A DNA stretch of 43,517 bases from Candidatus Micrarchaeota archaeon RBG_16_49_10 (GTDB lineage Archaea; Aenigmatarchaeota; Aenigmatarchaeia; CG10238-14). Location: assembly GCA_001784635.1 (NCBI GenBank), contig MFRS01000004.1, positions 14,151-57,667 of the forward strand. Direction: 5' to 3'. The notes beneath the pieces are model-generated. The model was not told where the DNA came from and did no database searches. It saw nothing but the letters and a program-made list of their open reading frames with translations. A program made the translations under genes and the position numbers. Position 1 is the first letter of the stretch, and the number at the start of each line of letters is the position of its first letter. This document shows positions 41,999 to 43,517 of the stretch, piece by piece.

Positions 41999-42748
41999 TC
42001 AGTCGTCCTGCACTCTTGGTGCAAGAATGAAGTTCATCTCGACTTTGTCCACGTCCTTGAACCCGAGCTTCAGCGGGTAGTCCTTCGCCCATGAGATTGT
42101 GGCCTCGTCCGACAGCTTGCTCGCCTTTATCATCTTCCTAAGGTAATCAAGTGGGTATCTGGCCTTCACATCCCCGTCCACTTCCAGGCTAATCAATGAG
42201 TCGTTGCCCTTCTCCAGAACCAGCTCGGTAGAGCTTATGTCGCCGGCAGCGTTCATCCTGAACGTGCCGTCGTTCGCGTGGAAGACTATCGTGTCCGCGA
42301 CCACATTCGCATCCTCGACGCCGCTCTTGAGGACGTCGACCTTCACCTTGACCTTGGCCTTGAACGCAAGCTGGTCTATCGGCGGTATCTCCTCGCCCTT
42401 TATGTCGAGCAACGGCACGACGAACTTCCTCGCGCCGCCATTTAACATCCTCACCTCGAGGGTGTTCCCCTTCAGCTCGAAGGTGAGCTTGTCCTCGGGC
42501 TTGGCCCTCTTTATGACCGAGACGAAGTTGGATATGTTGACACCCAGCGTCTGGTCCTTCTCCACCTTGTACTCCTCGAAGACCGTTGCGGGAAGCTTGA
42601 AGTCCACGACGGACACCATCGCCCTGTCGGCCGCGAGAAGGCTCATCCCGTTCTTCGTGATTTTGAAGATGCCCTCGTCGATCAGCTCGGCGATCGCGAT
42701 TATGGAATCCCTGAACACAGCGACATCCGCAATGGTAGCCTTGAACAT
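41999..42748 (-). CDS. pcn: DNA polymerase sliding clamp PCNA
   Basis: LIDEGIF, AADRAMVSVVD, YPLDYLRKM, DYPLKLGF, FILAPR. Confidence 0.97.
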   Translation of the reverse strand: MFKATIADVAVFRDSIIAIAELIDEGIFKITKNGMSLLAADRAMVSVVDFKLPATVFEEYKVEKDQTLGVNISNFVSVIKRAKPEDKLTFELKGNTLEVRMLNGGARKFVVPLLDIKGEEIPPIDQLAFKAKVKVKVDVLKSGVEDANVVADTIVFHANDGTFRMNAAGDISSTELVLEKGNDSLISLEVDGDVKARYPLDYLRKMIKASKLSDEATISWAKDYPLKLGFKDVDKVEMNFILAPRVQDD

Positions 42749-42752
42749 CAAA

Positions 42753-43070
42753 TCATACCCCCTTACCTATAACTAATTCATCAATCGCCTTATAAAGATT
42801 TATATCAAGGTCGGCCAAGTCCTGCACTATGTCCGCCTTCATCTCGAAGCCCGCGTCCCCCGGCAGTATCAGGCCGAAGACCCTGACCATGCCGTCAGCC
42901 TTCAAATCCGCAGGAAGGTTCCCGAATACCCTCAGCTTCCCCGTGCCGTCGTCTATTACCATGGTGTCCTCGTCCCTCTCGAGCACGAGCCCTATGGCCT
43001 TGACCTTGGAGTCGGCAGCGGGGTCTATCTCCGATATCTTCTTCCTGACGTAGAACTCCAGCTCTGGCAC
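42753..43070 (-). CDS. Single OB-fold protein, RPA small-subunit-like
   Basis: KISEI...VKAIGLV...IDDGTG...VRVFG...KADIVQDL..LDINLY pattern; directly upstream of pcn. Confidence 0.75.
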   Translation of the reverse strand: MPELEFYVRKKISEIDPAADSKVKAIGLVLERDEDTMVIDDGTGKLRVFGNLPADLKADGMVRVFGLILPGDAGFEMKADIVQDLADLDINLYKAIDELVIGKGV

Positions 43071-43135
43071 AAAAACTATTTGGTCGGAAAGATATAAATC
43101 GATTCAACCATCTTTATGTTGATAGGTGCGTTTCC

Positions 43136-43517
43136 TTGAGGGACATCCTGGAATTGGCTTTTAAGAACATCCTCAGGCAGAAGACGAGGACCATACTCAC
43201 TGTGGTGGGGATAACGATAGGGATAGCCGCGATAGTCGCCTTGGGCTCCATATCCGAGGGGCTGAGAAGGGACATCTCCAAGAGCCTTGAGCAGGCAAGC
43301 GGTCAGATAACGGTCTACGAGGAGTCCAGCTCTCCGCTGTTCCTGGCCCTTTCGACGAGCAAGTTGTCGGAGGAGAAGGTGAGGGAGATCGAGGAGACGG
43401 ACGGGATAAAGGACTATGTGGAGTATGTGATGGATGTCGGCTACATCAACTCAGAACAGGCCTTCGGGCAGCCAACCATCTTCATAATGGGTATCGACCC
43501 GGAGAAGGAGTCGCTGG
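43136..43517 (+). CDS. ABC transporter permease, MacB/FtsX family (3'-truncated by window edge)
   Basis: TTG start; LAFKNILRQKTRTILTVVGITIGIAAIVALGSISEG MacB-type N-terminus; absent from the ORF track. Confidence 0.88.
   Translation, partial: MRDILELAFKNILRQKTRTILTVVGITIGIAAIVALGSISEGLRRDISKSLEQASGQITVYEESSSPLFLALSTSKLSEEKVREIEETDGIKDYVEYVMDVGYINSEQAFGQPTIFIMGIDPEKESL

Noticed and set aside
2144-42776. Numerous long antisense or overlapping ORFs in the track (e.g. 2564-3586, 6908-7888, 10293-10964, 19066-19854, 33735-34328, 38105-38677, 42204-42776)
   Set aside because: They are shadows of strongly GC3-biased genes on the opposite strand or in another frame, with no SD, no motifs and atypical composition.
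1-43517. DGR template repeat, reverse transcriptase or Avd in this window
   Set aside because: I found no second copy of the VR 3' end (GGGGTTCGTTCCGCC) and no ORF with an RT YxDD motif by eye; a computational search should confirm this.
1-43517. CRISPR array, rRNA, SRP RNA, RNase P RNA, transposase, integrase
   Set aside because: No regularly spaced repeats or recognisable signature sequences or ORFs were seen.

Overview
Archaeal chromosomal window, most likely from a DPANN lineage (possibly Aenigmarchaeota-like; this is inferred from gene content and protein style, not from a database match). GC3-rich housekeeping genes include an almost complete Embden-Meyerhof cluster (pfkB-fba-tpi, gap-pgk, apgM-eno) near an alpha/beta 2-oxoacid:ferredoxin oxidoreductase, and an ion-homeostasis block (MscS, ZIP, CBS-TM, NhaP, CorA). 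They also include speB with tRNA-Leu(GAG), nop5-fibrillarin, a DHH/HD nuclease pair, the ftsZ-secE-spt5-rpl11-rpl1-rplP0-rpl12 cluster, PCNA and an RPA-like OB protein. These genes are interleaved with many short AT-rich orphan genes and two to three toxin-antitoxin-type modules that carry visible operators. The strongest find is a stand-alone diversity-generating retroelement (DGR) target gene (24884-25480, minus strand). It has FGE/C-type-lectin motifs, an adenine-depleted C-terminal variable region (6 A in 102 nt) and a perfect 9-bp C(GTA)G hairpin 1 nt after the stop, but no reverse transcriptase or template repeat lies in the window, so it would be a remote, trans-diversified target. Other notable observations are a corA gene that appears to need an ATA/ATT start, a 64-bp dispersed repeat, tandem TGTATA-N7-TATACA operators, a duplicated promoter plus N-terminal membrane cassette fused to unrelated C-termini, two membrane-sensor/wHTH modules, an L11 with a ~55-aa linker insertion, and an unannotated 47-aa zinc-ribbon microprotein.
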